Shown: positions 1-10,673, counted from the first letter of the stretch. The stretch is 64,000 nucleotides of DNA from an uncultured Candidatus Saccharibacteria bacterium (GCA_964443675.1 CAYUDN010000001.1:10862-74861), one strand, 5' to 3'. Made by a program: numbers and translations. The notes: generated from the letters alone by a model not told the origin.

Positions 1-291
1 CAGAAAAAACTTCATCTGCGTCAATACATATGAAGTGTGTTCCACCATGCTTACGTCCTTCTTCCAGAAGAAGCTTCCTTAATTCGTATTCCTGGTAACC
101 CTCAGTAATTTTGGTAGATTTTTCTGCAAAGAGAGCGCCTGCATCTTTAAGTATTTGTACGCTATTATCAGTTGAACCATTGTCGTACACTACCATGTGG
201 TTCGTAATTTTTTTGATAGCGTTGATGTATTCTTGTAAAACCCAGGACTCATTTTTAAAAGTTAACAAGGCGATTATTTTTGGAGATTTCA
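1..291 (-). CDS. Glycosyltransferase family 2 (partial; N-terminus in window, continues past position 1)
   Basis: Reverse-complement translation from the ATG at 291-289 gives MKSPKIIALLTFKNESWVLQEYINAIKKITNHMVVYDNGSTDNS...HFICIDADEVFS. It carries the GT-A 'DNGSTD' and DXD-like 'IDADE' motifs and stays in frame to the window edge. It is absent from the ORF track because it is truncated. Confidence 0.7.
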
Positions 292-294
292 TAG

Positions 295-1203
295 CTATAT
301 CCATGCGTAGAGTGTTTTATTATCAAGAATAATAGTATATTCCGGAACGTATGTTTTTACTAATGTTGAAAGAACCTCTTTATCGTCAGGGAGATGGTAT
401 GTCCTGAGTGCAAGTTTTGGCTTAAAGTGTTTAATGGTGTTTTCTGCTCCTTTGAGCAAATCTCGTTCCGCTCCCTCGATATCTGCTTTAATAAAATCAA
501 TTTTTGGAATATTGTTTTTTGTAACGTAGTCATCTAAAGTAATTTGTTCTAGTTGCACAACTTTATCTCCGGTGTGTTGTATTGTTTTTGAAGAAGCATT
601 GTAGTTTGAATCGAGATTGTAAAAAAAGTTAACAAGTTGACTTTTTTCTCCTAAGATTTTATTTTCTACACAAACATTAGTACAGTTGTTTTTTTCAAGG
701 TTCTCCGTTAAAATTCTACTAATTTCTTGTAAGGGTTCAAATCCAAAAACTTTCCCTTTTTCTCCTACTGCATCGCTTGCAACCACAGAAAACATCCCAA
801 CATTTGCTCCAGCGTCAACAACATAGTCTCCTCGGGATAAGGTAACTCCAAATTTCTCATAAGAACCTTCCGAGACGTAGAACGGATTATCGTAGACAAT
901 CTTTTCTATTGATGTATCTTTGAGGTTTAGTCTTGGGTACAGTATGTCGAAAAAATCAGTTTCGTAAAAACAGCCTTTCGGAAACCGTAAAGAGAATTTT
1001 CCTGCTTTAAGAAGCATGTCTTCAGATCTTTGTAGATGGATATGTTTACTGTTTTTTGTGAGGGCTCTAAAAAAAGTATTCTCCCCAAAGAACTTTTCTC
1101 GAAGTGATCCTGGTAGTAAAAAGAGAAAACTGAAACCATGTTTATAGTTTTTGATATAAAAAATTCTTTGCAGGATTCCATTTTTTATGTTCTTTATCTT
1201 CAT
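295..1203 (-). CDS. FkbM-family SAM-dependent methyltransferase
   Basis: The 302-aa ORF has the 'VVDAGANVGMFSVVAS' glycine-rich SAM-binding motif and a C-terminal region typical of FkbM-domain methyltransferases. It lies in a glycan operon on the minus strand. Confidence 0.65.
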   Translation of the reverse strand: MKIKNIKNGILQRIFYIKNYKHGFSFLFLLPGSLREKFFGENTFFRALTKNSKHIHLQRSEDMLLKAGKFSLRFPKGCFYETDFFDILYPRLNLKDTSIEKIVYDNPFYVSEGSYEKFGVTLSRGDYVVDAGANVGMFSVVASDAVGEKGKVFGFEPLQEISRILTENLEKNNCTNVCVENKILGEKSQLVNFFYNLDSNYNASSKTIQHTGDKVVQLEQITLDDYVTKNNIPKIDFIKADIEGAERDLLKGAENTIKHFKPKLALRTYHLPDDKEVLSTLVKTYVPEYTIILDNKTLYAWI

Positions 1204-1314
1204 TATATCGAGTTAAGATTGGTTAGTAATTATGTGCACGGCTTCTGTAGAGTGTATCATGATTCTGTAGAGTACTTCACTAAGTACAAAAAAGAATGAA
1301 ATTAAACAACTGAT

Positions 1315-2295
1315 TTACTTTTTTGGAAAGAGTAAATCAAGTTCTGTGATGATTGCTTCTAGTGACGTCTGTGTTGGTTTGTATCCAAGTAGTTTTGTAG
1401 CTTTTTTACTTCTGGAAAAATAAGAGCTTTTTGTTATTATTTTTTGAGTATTAGGCATTACCTGGTTAACCTTGTAGCTCATAGTATACTTTTTTGACAA
1501 AGCTTCAATTAAATCGAATTTAGAAATTGGTTTTTTACTGTAAATATCAAAGTAGTCATTAATCTTCTTCTTTTTTGCGATACGTTTAATAAGAGCTATA
1601 ATATCTTTTGCATTTACGTAGTCACGAACAATATTGTCTTTGTTGGTAATGAAGACACTTTTTTCAAGTATTGCTTTGACAATTTCAGACATGAGAAACG
1701 GGGAGTTTGTGTTGACAAGAGATCCAAAAAAACCAAATACACGTATATCGACAATGTTAAAGGTAGAGAGCGCGCGATGTTTTGCTTCTGCATTTATCTT
1801 TGTAATAGCATAAGGTTCTCCTATTTTTAAAAATCCAGAAGGTAGAGTTGTTGTTGTTTCTTCTGTTACAGAAGTTTTAAAATTGTCTCCATATACAACA
1901 CCGCTACTTATGTTGATGTAGAGCGTTTTTGGGTGAAGAAAAAGATTGTTAATAATAAGAGAATCTACTTCTTCTGCAACTTTAAATAGTTCGTAAGGGT
2001 TTTTTTGTGTATCTGGGTTACTACTTACCCCCGTACAATTAAGAACAATATCGTACTCTCCTTGTTTAAAATTACGAAGTGGAAGAGCTTTGTACTTTGT
2101 CTTTTTTTCCATATCTGCAATACAAGAGTATAAAGTCTTTTTTGAGCGATAAAATAAGAAAAGTTCGTAGTTTTCTTTTTCTAAAAAGAGCTCACGCAAA
2201 AGAGATCTTCCGACATACCCAGTAGAGCCAAGTATCGCTATTTTCTTCATAGATTCTAGTATAATAGTTTTACTAGTGTTTTCAAGACTAGACAT
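1315..2295 (-). CDS. NAD(P)-dependent epimerase/reductase (SDR family); paralog of the 13255-14190 gene
   Basis: N-terminal Rossmann motif 'ILGSTGYVGRSLL'. It aligns along its whole length, by eye about 40% identical, with the +strand ORF at 13255-14190 (shared blocks 'YD.V.NCTG...LQKNP', 'NIVD.RVF.FF', 'VRDY'). Confidence 0.65.
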   Translation of the reverse strand: MSSLENTSKTIILESMKKIAILGSTGYVGRSLLRELFLEKENYELFLFYRSKKTLYSCIADMEKKTKYKALPLRNFKQGEYDIVLNCTGVSSNPDTQKNPYELFKVAEEVDSLIINNLFLHPKTLYINISSGVVYGDNFKTSVTEETTTTLPSGFLKIGEPYAITKINAEAKHRALSTFNIVDIRVFGFFGSLVNTNSPFLMSEIVKAILEKSVFITNKDNIVRDYVNAKDIIALIKRIAKKKKINDYFDIYSKKPISKFDLIEALSKKYTMSYKVNQVMPNTQKIITKSSYFSRSKKATKLLGYKPTQTSLEAIITELDLLFPKK

Positions 2296-2420
2296 TATTA
2301 TAAAGTAATGTCAAGTTTATCTGGGGTGAGTTCAAGAAATAAAAAACACATTCATTTTTTTTAACATAGTATAAACATTTTTGGAAATGATTACTGATTC
2401 CATGCTGACGGTTTTACTTT

Positions 2421-3392
2421 TTAGTGTGCCGCTATCTTTTTTTTGAAATCTCTTATCAACACGATGAGTTTGTTAGGAATAAAGAACACAATAGTTAGCA
2501 GAGAGAGATGTACAACACCGAGACTTTTGAGGTTTTTTAACATGAACCATAAATTTTTTTTATTTATTTTTAGGCCGTGTCCTTTTGCGCGAAGCAGAAT
2601 AATGAGAATTTGCTTTCTGTTTTTTGATAACTCTTTTTCTATGGGTTCTTTTTTAAAGCCAAAATACATCATTCGCTCCAGAAGTAAATTTGAGTTAATG
2701 AATGTTGTAAGCTCTGCACCATTTTCTGACCATCTACAGTCTTGCCCAGTGTAAATGAGTGTTTGGAGAATATTAAGCATCTTTTTGTCTGTTTTTAAGA
2801 ACATTTTAAGAGGTGTTTCTGAATAAAGCCAGTACTCTAAATAGTCGGTGAGGTCTACACACTTCATCCAAAGATCTCGATTGAAAATGAGTGTACTAAA
2901 ACCACCAAGGTTGTGATTATTGTGATAAAAAGCATTACCATCTTTTGTTTCAAAAAGATCTTTTTCGTTGTATTCTTTTTTAGTTGCGTAGCTAGTGTTG
3001 CCTACAGATTGAGATCCGACGGAGATAAGGTCATAGAGATTTGTTTCTAATTTTTTTATAACAAAGTCTATAGATCCGTTTACAAGAGTGTCGTCATCAC
3101 CGAGATACCAGCAGTATGTTCCGTGTGCATGAGACACTACATTATATACATTTCGATCAAATCCTATGTTTTGCTCGTTTGCTGTATATACAAAGTGCGT
3201 AAATAGCGAAGAAAAGGATTGAGCGACTTCCTTGGTTGTGTCTGTGCTTGCGTTATCTGAAATAACAACCTCTACAAGGGGGCGGAGATGAGGGTTTTCT
3301 CTGAGCTGTACTTCGATACTTGTTATACAATCTTTGAGATAGTGTGCCCGGTTGTAAGTTGGAATACAGATACTAAGTAATGGTTTTTCCAT
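2421..3392 (-). CDS. Glycosyltransferase family 2
   Basis: Carries 'LSICIPTYNRAHYLKDCITSIEVQ' and 'VVISDNASTDTT', the typical GT2 N-terminal signature. Confidence 0.75.
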   Translation of the reverse strand: MEKPLLSICIPTYNRAHYLKDCITSIEVQLRENPHLRPLVEVVISDNASTDTTKEVAQSFSSLFTHFVYTANEQNIGFDRNVYNVVSHAHGTYCWYLGDDDTLVNGSIDFVIKKLETNLYDLISVGSQSVGNTSYATKKEYNEKDLFETKDGNAFYHNNHNLGGFSTLIFNRDLWMKCVDLTDYLEYWLYSETPLKMFLKTDKKMLNILQTLIYTGQDCRWSENGAELTTFINSNLLLERMMYFGFKKEPIEKELSKNRKQILIILLRAKGHGLKINKKNLWFMLKNLKSLGVVHLSLLTIVFFIPNKLIVLIRDFKKKIAAH

Positions 3393-3460
3393 AAGTAAAA
3401 AGTTTAGGAATCTATAAGAAAAGATCTTTTCAGTATATCGATTTTGTGATTTTGATGCAA

Positions 3461-4384
3461 TTACAGAATATTCTTTTTTCTTTTTAGAATATACCTTTTT
3501 ATGTCATCTCGTATAAAACCAAGAAGAGGAATAAGTCCTTTGTAATACCAGATAATTACCAAAAGAACATGGAAAGCTTTAAGGATATTGCCTACTTTTA
3601 CGTTTGCTTTTGCAATAGCATAATAACTTCCCGGACAATTTTTGTAGTATGTTGCCAAAAACTCCTGGCGTAATGCTTCTGTTGGGTAGTGTGTTGAGAT
3701 GGTCTGATATAAGTTGTCCCAGTCTTTTTTAATTTCCATCACATTACGTTTGATAAGTCCTTCAAAACCGGTAGAGGTTTTACTTATGTGATAAATAACC
3801 GTCGGCTCATCAATAAAACCGACATCATGTTGACTTGCAATGCGAGACCACATTTCAGCGTCAGAAGACAAAGATTCAATAAAGAGACCGAGTTTATCAT
3901 ACACATTCTTTTTCACTAGTACCGCAGAGCAGACACCGTAGTGGCACTTCATTGCTTCTAATCCTGCATTCCAAAAAGGAGCTTGATTTTTTTTATGGTA
4001 TTCCTTAGTCGTATAGCTTCCTTCATTTACAGAGTAAGAGTTGGCATGGATAAGTGCAACGCTAGGATATTTTTTGGAAAAAGTTTCGTAGTGAGAAAGT
4101 GCCCCAGGAACCATCTCATCGTCCGCATGGAATATCATTAACCATTCTGTGTCACAAAGCTCAATACAACGGTTCCAGTTGTTAGCCATTCCGAGGTTGG
4201 TTTCATTTTGATAGCATGTTATTTGTGGTTCATATGCTTTCGCTATTGTGTAGGTTGTATCTGTTGACTTATTGTCAACAAGAATTACCTTTGTAGAGAT
4301 ATCTTTTTCAGCAAGGATACTTTGTAGGCATCGTTGTATAGTCTTTTCTTTATTGTAAGAAGGGATAGCAATAGTAAGGTTCAT
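3461..4384 (-). CDS. Glycosyltransferase family 2
   Basis: Carries 'LTIAIPSYNKEKTIQRCLQSILAE' and 'VILVDNKSTDTT', the GT2 signature. Its stop abuts the next gene's start. Confidence 0.75.
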   Translation of the reverse strand: MNLTIAIPSYNKEKTIQRCLQSILAEKDISTKVILVDNKSTDTTYTIAKAYEPQITCYQNETNLGMANNWNRCIELCDTEWLMIFHADDEMVPGALSHYETFSKKYPSVALIHANSYSVNEGSYTTKEYHKKNQAPFWNAGLEAMKCHYGVCSAVLVKKNVYDKLGLFIESLSSDAEMWSRIASQHDVGFIDEPTVIYHISKTSTGFEGLIKRNVMEIKKDWDNLYQTISTHYPTEALRQEFLATYYKNCPGSYYAIAKANVKVGNILKAFHVLLVIIWYYKGLIPLLGFIRDDIKRYILKRKKNIL

Positions 4385-4386
4385 GG

Positions 4387-5721
4387 TTAGGCTCGTAGTA
4401 TAGCAAGAATTAAAGTTCGTAGTTTTTTAGTAAAAAACATAGAAAAGAACGGAATGGCATATGAGACAAGGCTTGCAAAGGCTGCTCCTTCCATACCGTA
4501 TTTTGGAATCAGAAAGATGTTAAGAGCTACGTTTATTAGCATTCCAAAAAAAAGAGTAAAAGAAATATGTTTTGTGAGGTTCTCAGTGATAAGAATTTGT
4601 TGTGTGAATAGATTTAAAGCTGTACCAATATTACTCCATACATAGATTTTCAAAACACTTACCGCTCCTAGAAATGAAACACCGTAAATAATGAGTGTTA
4701 TATATTTTGCCAAGATAGTTGTTCCTACTGCAACAGCGCCAGAAATAAGTATAAGAAGGATGAGAAGTTTTTTTACTCGTTTAAGGTAGAGTACTTCTGA
4801 GGTGTTTTTTGCATTGACGATTGCAGGGAACAGTCCGGCAACAATTAAATTAGGAATAAAATATGATATCTCTGACATGCGGACCGCTGCATCGTAGAGT
4901 CCAACAGATTGGGTGTCGATCATATTTTTAATCATAATTTGATCGATTCTTGCGTAAATCATAAAAAAAGCAGAAGCAAACATAAGAGGAAATGAATCTT
5001 TGAATAAGTTTTTGGCAATGTCAGCATTAAAACGAAGCTGAGAAAGGGGGCCATACAGAGTGATATGTATGTAGATGTACATTATTGAATAGAGCACTGG
5101 TTCTAGTAAGATAATTGAAGCAAGGTAGATAACACCTTTGTCAAAAAAGATAACAATAATTTTTAATGCATTTAAAAGGAGGGTAATAAGTATTGAAAAT
5201 ATGGAAGGGAGTTTTGACTTTAAGTCGGCCTGAAGTTCATAACTTATAAGTGTAAAAGTGCTTACCACTGGAGATAGTCCTACTATTAAAATAAGATATA
5301 AGGAAACATCTTTTGGAGAAAAAAGAAAAGCAATCAAAGAGCACGCAGTAAAAGAAACGACAGATGCAAGGAACTTTAAAGTGAGCGCACTCCCTAAGTA
5401 TTCATTTCTTTTCTCTGGGTGTTTTACTAGTTCTCTACAAAGAATTTGCTCAATTCCTAAATTTGCAAAAAAAGAAATAACTCCAACAAAACTGATTGCA
5501 TAACTTAACTCCCCATAGTTTTTCGGCCCAAGATTTCTTGCTGTGTACGCAGTTGCTACCAGTGCAATAATCATGGTAGAAATTCTTGCAAAAAACATCC
5601 AGCCTATATTTGAGGCGTATCTTTGAAAACCTTTATTGTGAAGCTTGTTTACAAAAAGACGAAAAATGTCAGAAAAAGAAACCCAGGAGTCTTGTTTTTC
5701 TTTATGTTGCTCATTATTCAT
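4387..5721 (-). CDS. wzx: Wzx-type polysaccharide flippase (multi-pass membrane protein)
   Basis: About 12 predicted TM helices and a polysaccharide-biosynthesis (MOP) family look. The ORF track start at 5781 is upstream of a more plausible ATG (MNNEQHKEK...) at 5721. Confidence 0.65.
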   Translation of the reverse strand: MNNEQHKEKQDSWVSFSDIFRLFVNKLHNKGFQRYASNIGWMFFARISTMIIALVATAYTARNLGPKNYGELSYAISFVGVISFFANLGIEQILCRELVKHPEKRNEYLGSALTLKFLASVVSFTACSLIAFLFSPKDVSLYLILIVGLSPVVSTFTLISYELQADLKSKLPSIFSILITLLLNALKIIVIFFDKGVIYLASIILLEPVLYSIMYIYIHITLYGPLSQLRFNADIAKNLFKDSFPLMFASAFFMIYARIDQIMIKNMIDTQSVGLYDAAVRMSEISYFIPNLIVAGLFPAIVNAKNTSEVLYLKRVKKLLILLILISGAVAVGTTILAKYITLIIYGVSFLGAVSVLKIYVWSNIGTALNLFTQQILITENLTKHISFTLFFGMLINVALNIFLIPKYGMEGAAFASLVSYAIPFFSMFFTKKLRTLILAILRA

Positions 5722-5791
5722 TGTCTTATAGTAGCATTGTTTTTTGCTATAGACTACTTTTCTTTCTTGGCTATGGTACACTTTAGTACAT

Positions 5792-6706
5792 ATGAAGACA
5801 TCATCATACAGTATCGGTATTGTAACCTATCACGCTCGTTTTGAGTCGTATTTTATTCCTCTTATAAAAAATTTATCAAGAATTTTTCCGGATAAAGAAA
5901 TTATTTGTGTAATCAACGGTCACAGTGATAAGACTTTGCAGATTTCTTACTTGGATAAGGTGACAAAATTCATGAAGCAATATCCAAATGTAAGATACCT
6001 CACTTATGATGTCGGACAGTCTCTCTCGAAATGTTGGAATCAATTAATTATTTTGTCTCACACAGAGAAGACCGTCGTGCTTAGTGATGATGTTTTTATC
6101 GGTGATTTTTTTAGAGAGCAATTAGAAGAAAATATTTCTAAGTATGATTTTTTTGCGATTAATCGATCATTCGCCCACTTTGTTATTTCTAAAGATATTG
6201 TACGTAAAGTTGGGTGGTTTGAAGAAAGACTTCCAAGAATTGGTTGGGAAGATACTGACTACCAGTTTAGACTTTTTATGGAAAAGGTTCCGTATCCGAA
6301 TGTGAAGATTCTTGGTTCTCTTAATTTACACACAGATACAGAAGGTTCTGACTGGGTTAATGATCCAACAAAACCAAAGAGTAAATACACATACGCTAAT
6401 GAAGATTTCTTTAAAACTAAATGGGTAACCAAACATTATAATCCAGAAATAAAAGAATTTGATTACAGGGATGGTGATGATTACCATACCTTCTCCTTGC
6501 GAGAAGGTATGGAGACACCTTGTTTTTACGATCTTGAAGTGCTTAATTTTGATACTACAACTGAAGTAGCTGGTGTCTATGAAAAAGACTCAGCTCGTTA
6601 TTTTATTCAAAAGACACTCTTTTTACTCTCTGATTTTATTTTTACTAATTTACGTAAACTTAAGCGTTTTTTGAAGAAAATAAAAGAAACACACCACCCG
6701 ATTTAG
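5792..6706 (+). CDS. Putative glycosyltransferase (GT-A-like), family uncertain
   Basis: A 304-aa ORF divergent from the wzx operon. It has 'IGIVTYHARFESYFIPLIKN' and acidic 'WEDTDY'-type motifs but no strong family signature. Confidence 0.4.
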   Translation: MKTSSYSIGIVTYHARFESYFIPLIKNLSRIFPDKEIICVINGHSDKTLQISYLDKVTKFMKQYPNVRYLTYDVGQSLSKCWNQLIILSHTEKTVVLSDDVFIGDFFREQLEENISKYDFFAINRSFAHFVISKDIVRKVGWFEERLPRIGWEDTDYQFRLFMEKVPYPNVKILGSLNLHTDTEGSDWVNDPTKPKSKYTYANEDFFKTKWVTKHYNPEIKEFDYRDGDDYHTFSLREGMETPCFYDLEVLNFDTTTEVAGVYEKDSARYFIQKTLFLLSDFIFTNLRKLKRFLKKIKETHHPI

Positions 6707-6729
6707 TTTGTCATTTGAAGCAAAAGATA

Positions 6730-7626
6730 TTACTTTTTTTCCTCACCAGCTAACATTTTTTTGAGTGCTTTTTTGATAGTTGTTTTTGGTTTCCATCCGG
6801 GTACAAGAGAATCTTTGTTCCAAGGCTTCATTATTTCTTTATTTCGATAAGGTCTTCCACCCCACACAATAGGAAGCGATTTCTTTGTTACTGATTCATA
6901 GAGTTTTGCAAGTTCTTGCAGTGTCATTCGTTCCCCTGAGCTTACCAGATATGATTTTCCGTTATAAAGATAACCTTTTTTGGTGGTGAGAAGTTTTGCC
7001 ATGTGGATGTATGCATCTACAACATTCCCAACGTAGTTCATATCAAGTATCTGTTTTCCAGGAGACATAGGGAATGGTTCTTTTGTGTTACCGATAGAGG
7101 ACCAGAGATTAAAAATTTTTGGGCGGGTATCTCCTTCACCAAAAGTGTCGAAGAGTTTAAGAGTGACTAGTATAATATCAGATGATTCTCGGTAATAGGT
7201 TGCTATATCTTCAAAGGCTTGTTTTGTTGCAGAGTAAAGGTTGAAAGGGGAATAACGCTTATTGTTACAATGTTGTGTAAAAGTTCCAGTATTGATAAAC
7301 CACTTTGTCTTACTCTTTGTGGTTGCTTCAAGGAGTGTACTTGCAAATAATATATTGGACTGAATAAGAGGTTCTACATCTGTTTCTTTATGTGAAACAA
7401 GAAAAAGAGAGGCGAGGTGTATCACCCCGTCAAATTTTTCTGTATTCATAAACGTTATAAGAGAGCTAACCGAGGTGTACACATGCACTTTTTTTAGGGG
7501 AACAGGAAATTCTTTTTCTAGGGACGTTTCTCGAACAATGATATGTACAGCATTACCCTCTTCAACCAACTTCTTCACGAGATGTTTTCCTATAAAACCA
7601 GTAGCTCCACTAATAAGAATTTTCAT
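6730..7626 (-). CDS. CDP-3,6-dideoxyhexose synthase-like SDR reductase (RfbJ/RfbS family)
   Basis: 'MKILISGATGFIGKHLVKKL' Rossmann motif, 'IHLAS', and a YxxxK-containing core. Its length and blocks resemble the Salmonella RfbJ/RfbS reductases. Confidence 0.55.
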   Translation of the reverse strand: MKILISGATGFIGKHLVKKLVEEGNAVHIIVRETSLEKEFPVPLKKVHVYTSVSSLITFMNTEKFDGVIHLASLFLVSHKETDVEPLIQSNILFASTLLEATTKSKTKWFINTGTFTQHCNNKRYSPFNLYSATKQAFEDIATYYRESSDIILVTLKLFDTFGEGDTRPKIFNLWSSIGNTKEPFPMSPGKQILDMNYVGNVVDAYIHMAKLLTTKKGYLYNGKSYLVSSGERMTLQELAKLYESVTKKSLPIVWGGRPYRNKEIMKPWNKDSLVPGWKPKTTIKKALKKMLAGEEKK

Positions 7627-7632
7627 AGTCGA

Positions 7633-8169
7633 TCAAAAAGGAGAGTTAAACTTTGCAAAAGGAGGCAGAGTGAGGTCTTTTTCTGAAACAATATACTCGT
7701 TAAGTGTGATAGAGAGATCAAAAGAATCGACACGAATACCCGCGTCATGTTCTTTTGAAAACTGTCCTGATTGCAAGTAAAAGGTGCAAGTATTATCTTC
7801 ATGAGTGATAAAGCCGTGCGCGCATCCTTTTGGAATATAGACCATCTTTCCATTGCTTTGACTGAGTTCGACGGTTATATGTTTACCATATGTGGTAGAG
7901 TTTTTTCGTAGATCAAGAATAATGTCAGTAACAGACCCAGAAGAAACACCTATGATTTTGATGTGATCTTTTGGAGGAAGGTGAAAATGCATTCCCCGTA
8001 CTACGTTTTTTTGAGAAACAGAATAAAAACATTCCTCGATGGTAACCCCAAGGTCCATTTTTTCAAAAGCGTCTTTATTAAATGTTTTAACAAAAGTTCC
8101 TCGATGGTCTTTAAAAACAGTTGGTTCTAAAATAAAGACACCCGCTATTTCTGTTTCTGTTTGCTTCAT
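7633..8169 (-). CDS. RmlC-fold (cupin) sugar-nucleotide 3,5/5-epimerase
   Basis: A 178-aa ORF with 'FKDHRGTFVKTF' and 'RGMHFH' blocks, characteristic of dTDP-4-dehydrorhamnose 3,5-epimerase and AscE-type epimerases. Confidence 0.7.
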   Translation of the reverse strand: MKQTETEIAGVFILEPTVFKDHRGTFVKTFNKDAFEKMDLGVTIEECFYSVSQKNVVRGMHFHLPPKDHIKIIGVSSGSVTDIILDLRKNSTTYGKHITVELSQSNGKMVYIPKGCAHGFITHEDNTCTFYLQSGQFSKEHDAGIRVDSFDLSITLNEYIVSEKDLTLPPFAKFNSPF

Positions 8170-9416
8170 TACTTTTTCTTTTTTTCCGATTTTATTTTTT
8201 GTTGTGAAAGAAATTCGTCAAATTTTGATTTAAGATATTCAATCTGCTCATCGTTAAGACCATGGTGACAAGCAACGACAAAGCCATTTTTCATGATCCT
8301 GTCAGTGTTAGGGAAGGCTGTACTGATTTTTCTGTTTTCAATTTTTCTGAACCCTGGTTGCTTAAGAATATTTCCAGCAAAAACTGGCCTTGTTTGAATG
8401 TTGTTGTCTTCAAGGAAGGTGATGATTTCGAGACGGGTAAATGAAGCTTTTGGTTTAATGATAAGAGGGAAGGCAAGCCACGCTGTTTCGGTGTCAGGTG
8501 TTTGTGTTGGAAGGTCAAAGAACTCACTTTTAGTTTTCATAAAAGCAATTAAGGTTTCAAAGTTCTTTTTTCTTTGCTCTAGGAAACCAGGAAGTCTTTT
8601 CATTTGAGCAAGCGCAAAAGCAGAAGAGATTTCGAGGGGAAGGAAGTTATAACCAACTTCACTAAAAATAAATTTGTTATCGTAAGGAATACCTCCAAGT
8701 TTGAAGTTAAAACGATTCTTAAGAAGTTCGGAATTTGCTTTTTCTCCATAAAGAGATGATTGACGTCCCCAACCACGAAGCACTTTGAGACGATTTACCC
8801 ATTTAGGGTCATTAACCATAATCATTCCTCCTCCTCCTGCACCGTTAATTATGTGAGATCCGTAGAAGCTTGTCGTGGTGATATGAGAATAGGTACCTGT
8901 TGGCTTATTGTAGAGCTTGCCTCCAAGAGTGTCACAAGAATCTTCGATAAGGAAAAGCTTGTGTTTTTTTGCAATATCAGCAAGAGCTTTGAGATCAGGA
9001 ATGTTTCCCATAAGAGAAGGGATCATCAAAGCTTTCGTCTTTTTTGTGATTGCTTTTTTAACTTGCTCAATATTTACAATATATGTTGTCGGATCAACGT
9101 CAACAAATACTGGAACAAGTCCTTTCTGAACAATTGGAGCAACCACGGTTGCAAAAGTGAGTGCCGGGGTTATCACCTCAGATCCTTTTGGAAGATTGAG
9201 AAGCTCAAATGCAAGAAGATTTGCTGAAGATCCAGAATTAACCATTGTACCGTATGCCTTACCGAACATTTTTGCAATTTTTGCTTCGAACTCTGTAGTT
9301 TTGTCTCCAAGAGCAGTGTTCCCTTTGAGGACTTCTACCACTGCGTCAATTTCTTCTTGTCCGTGTACAGAGAATCCGTAAGGTACTCGTAATTTTTGTT
9401 CAGTTTTTTTACTCAT
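8169..9416 (-). CDS. DegT/DnrJ/EryC1-family PLP/PMP enzyme, likely CDP-4-keto-6-deoxyglucose 3-dehydrase (RfbH/DdhC, E1-like)
   Basis: The 415-aa ORF is divergent from rfbG-rfbF. It shows the DegT fold blocks 'GSSANLLAFELL' and 'LFLIEDSCDTLG'. Position beside ddhA/ddhB suggests the E1 role rather than an aminotransferase. Confidence 0.65.
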   Translation of the reverse strand: MSKKTEQKLRVPYGFSVHGQEEIDAVVEVLKGNTALGDKTTEFEAKIAKMFGKAYGTMVNSGSSANLLAFELLNLPKGSEVITPALTFATVVAPIVQKGLVPVFVDVDPTTYIVNIEQVKKAITKKTKALMIPSLMGNIPDLKALADIAKKHKLFLIEDSCDTLGGKLYNKPTGTYSHITTTSFYGSHIINGAGGGGMIMVNDPKWVNRLKVLRGWGRQSSLYGEKANSELLKNRFNFKLGGIPYDNKFIFSEVGYNFLPLEISSAFALAQMKRLPGFLEQRKKNFETLIAFMKTKSEFFDLPTQTPDTETAWLAFPLIIKPKASFTRLEIITFLEDNNIQTRPVFAGNILKQPGFRKIENRKISTAFPNTDRIMKNGFVVACHHGLNDEQIEYLKSKFDEFLSQQKIKSEKKKK

Positions 9417-9593
9417 AAAATATATTAAAGTTTAGTGTGACACTACTATTTATAATGTTCTAGTATCCATGATAACAAAGTTTTACGAAAAAGTAACTAG
9501 TTTTGACATTATCACAAATGAGTTGTATTTTGTTGAATTGTTTGCAGTCGTGTCAGTTCTTTATTATAATCGAAAAATAGTTTCCCTTTATTT

Positions 9594-10670
9594 ATGTCCC
9601 TCCACTCGTTTTATAAAAATAAAAAAGTTCTTATCACTGGACATACTGGGTTTAAGGGTTCTTGGTTTACAGAAATCCTCCTCCTTATGGGGGCGCACGT
9701 GTCTGGTATTTCTCTTGTGCCCACATCAACACCTAACCTTTTCACTCTTTTGGGGTTGGAAAAAAGATGTTCAAGTTATATTGCCGATATCCGCAACAGA
9801 GAGGAAATGCTTCGTATTATTAGTAAAGAAAAACCCGAAATCATTTTTCATCTTGCTGCACAACCTATTGTAAGAACAAGTTACGATGATCCTTTGGGTA
9901 CAATTTCGACAAATGTTAACGGTACGGCGAATATTCTTGATGTTGTTCGTGAGGTTGGATTTGTTAAGTCAGTAGTAATTATTACTACCGATAAAGTGTA
10001 CGAAAATAAAGAGTGGCATTATGCGTATCGTGAGAACGATCCTCTTGGTGGGCATGATCCATATAGTTCAAGTAAAGCAGCGGCAGATATTATTTCTTAT
10101 TCGTATATTCAATCTTTTTTCAATCCTGAGAATTTCGAAAAAACACATAACACTCTCGTTGCTATTGCCCGAGCAGGTAATGTTATCGGAGGAGGTGACT
10201 GGTCTGAGTACCGACTTATTCCTGATGTAATTCGTGCTACTTACCATCATGGGAAACATGTAGAAATACGTAACCCTGATTCAGTGAGACCGTGGCAGCA
10301 TGTTCTTGAACCTATTTCTGGATATTTAATGTTAGGAAAAGAATTGTATGAGAAAAAAACACTTGTATCTGGTGCATGGAATTTCGGTCCACACAATGAT
10401 AGCTTTGTAAGTGTGAGAGCTCTTGCAGAGGGTGCGCAGGAGATTCTTGGCAAGGGAGGGTTTATTATTACTCCAGATACCTCTAAACATGAAGCAAACC
10501 TTCTTAAACTCGATATTAATAAAGCCATTGCTCTTCTTGGATGGAAGCCGGTGCTTTCTTTTAAAGAAACGCTTGAGCTTACTTTTTTGTGGTATAAAGA
10601 GTATTATGAGAGTAAAGGGGATATGGTTGCCTTTACAAACAGACAAATTAAACATTTTTTTAAAATATAA
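9594..10670 (+). CDS. rfbG: CDP-glucose 4,6-dehydratase
   Basis: 'KVLITGHTGFKGSWFTEILLLMGAHV' is the hallmark N-terminus of RfbG/DdhB. The length is 358 aa. Confidence 0.8.
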   Translation: MSLHSFYKNKKVLITGHTGFKGSWFTEILLLMGAHVSGISLVPTSTPNLFTLLGLEKRCSSYIADIRNREEMLRIISKEKPEIIFHLAAQPIVRTSYDDPLGTISTNVNGTANILDVVREVGFVKSVVIITTDKVYENKEWHYAYRENDPLGGHDPYSSSKAAADIISYSYIQSFFNPENFEKTHNTLVAIARAGNVIGGGDWSEYRLIPDVIRATYHHGKHVEIRNPDSVRPWQHVLEPISGYLMLGKELYEKKTLVSGAWNFGPHNDSFVSVRALAEGAQEILGKGGFIITPDTSKHEANLLKLDINKAIALLGWKPVLSFKETLELTFLWYKEYYESKGDMVAFTNRQIKHFFKI

Positions 10671-10673
10671 CGT

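Noticed and set aside
111-332. 73-aa +strand ORF at window start
   Set aside because: It overlaps the minus-strand partial GT2 gene (1-291), whose translation has the clear DNGSTD and DXD motifs.
2443-2754. 103-aa +strand ORF
   Set aside because: Antisense within the GT2 gene 2421-3392.
8760-9227. 155-aa +strand ORF (and other short + ORFs at 8262-8607, 8917-9381)
   Set aside because: Antisense within the DegT-family gene, with no motifs.
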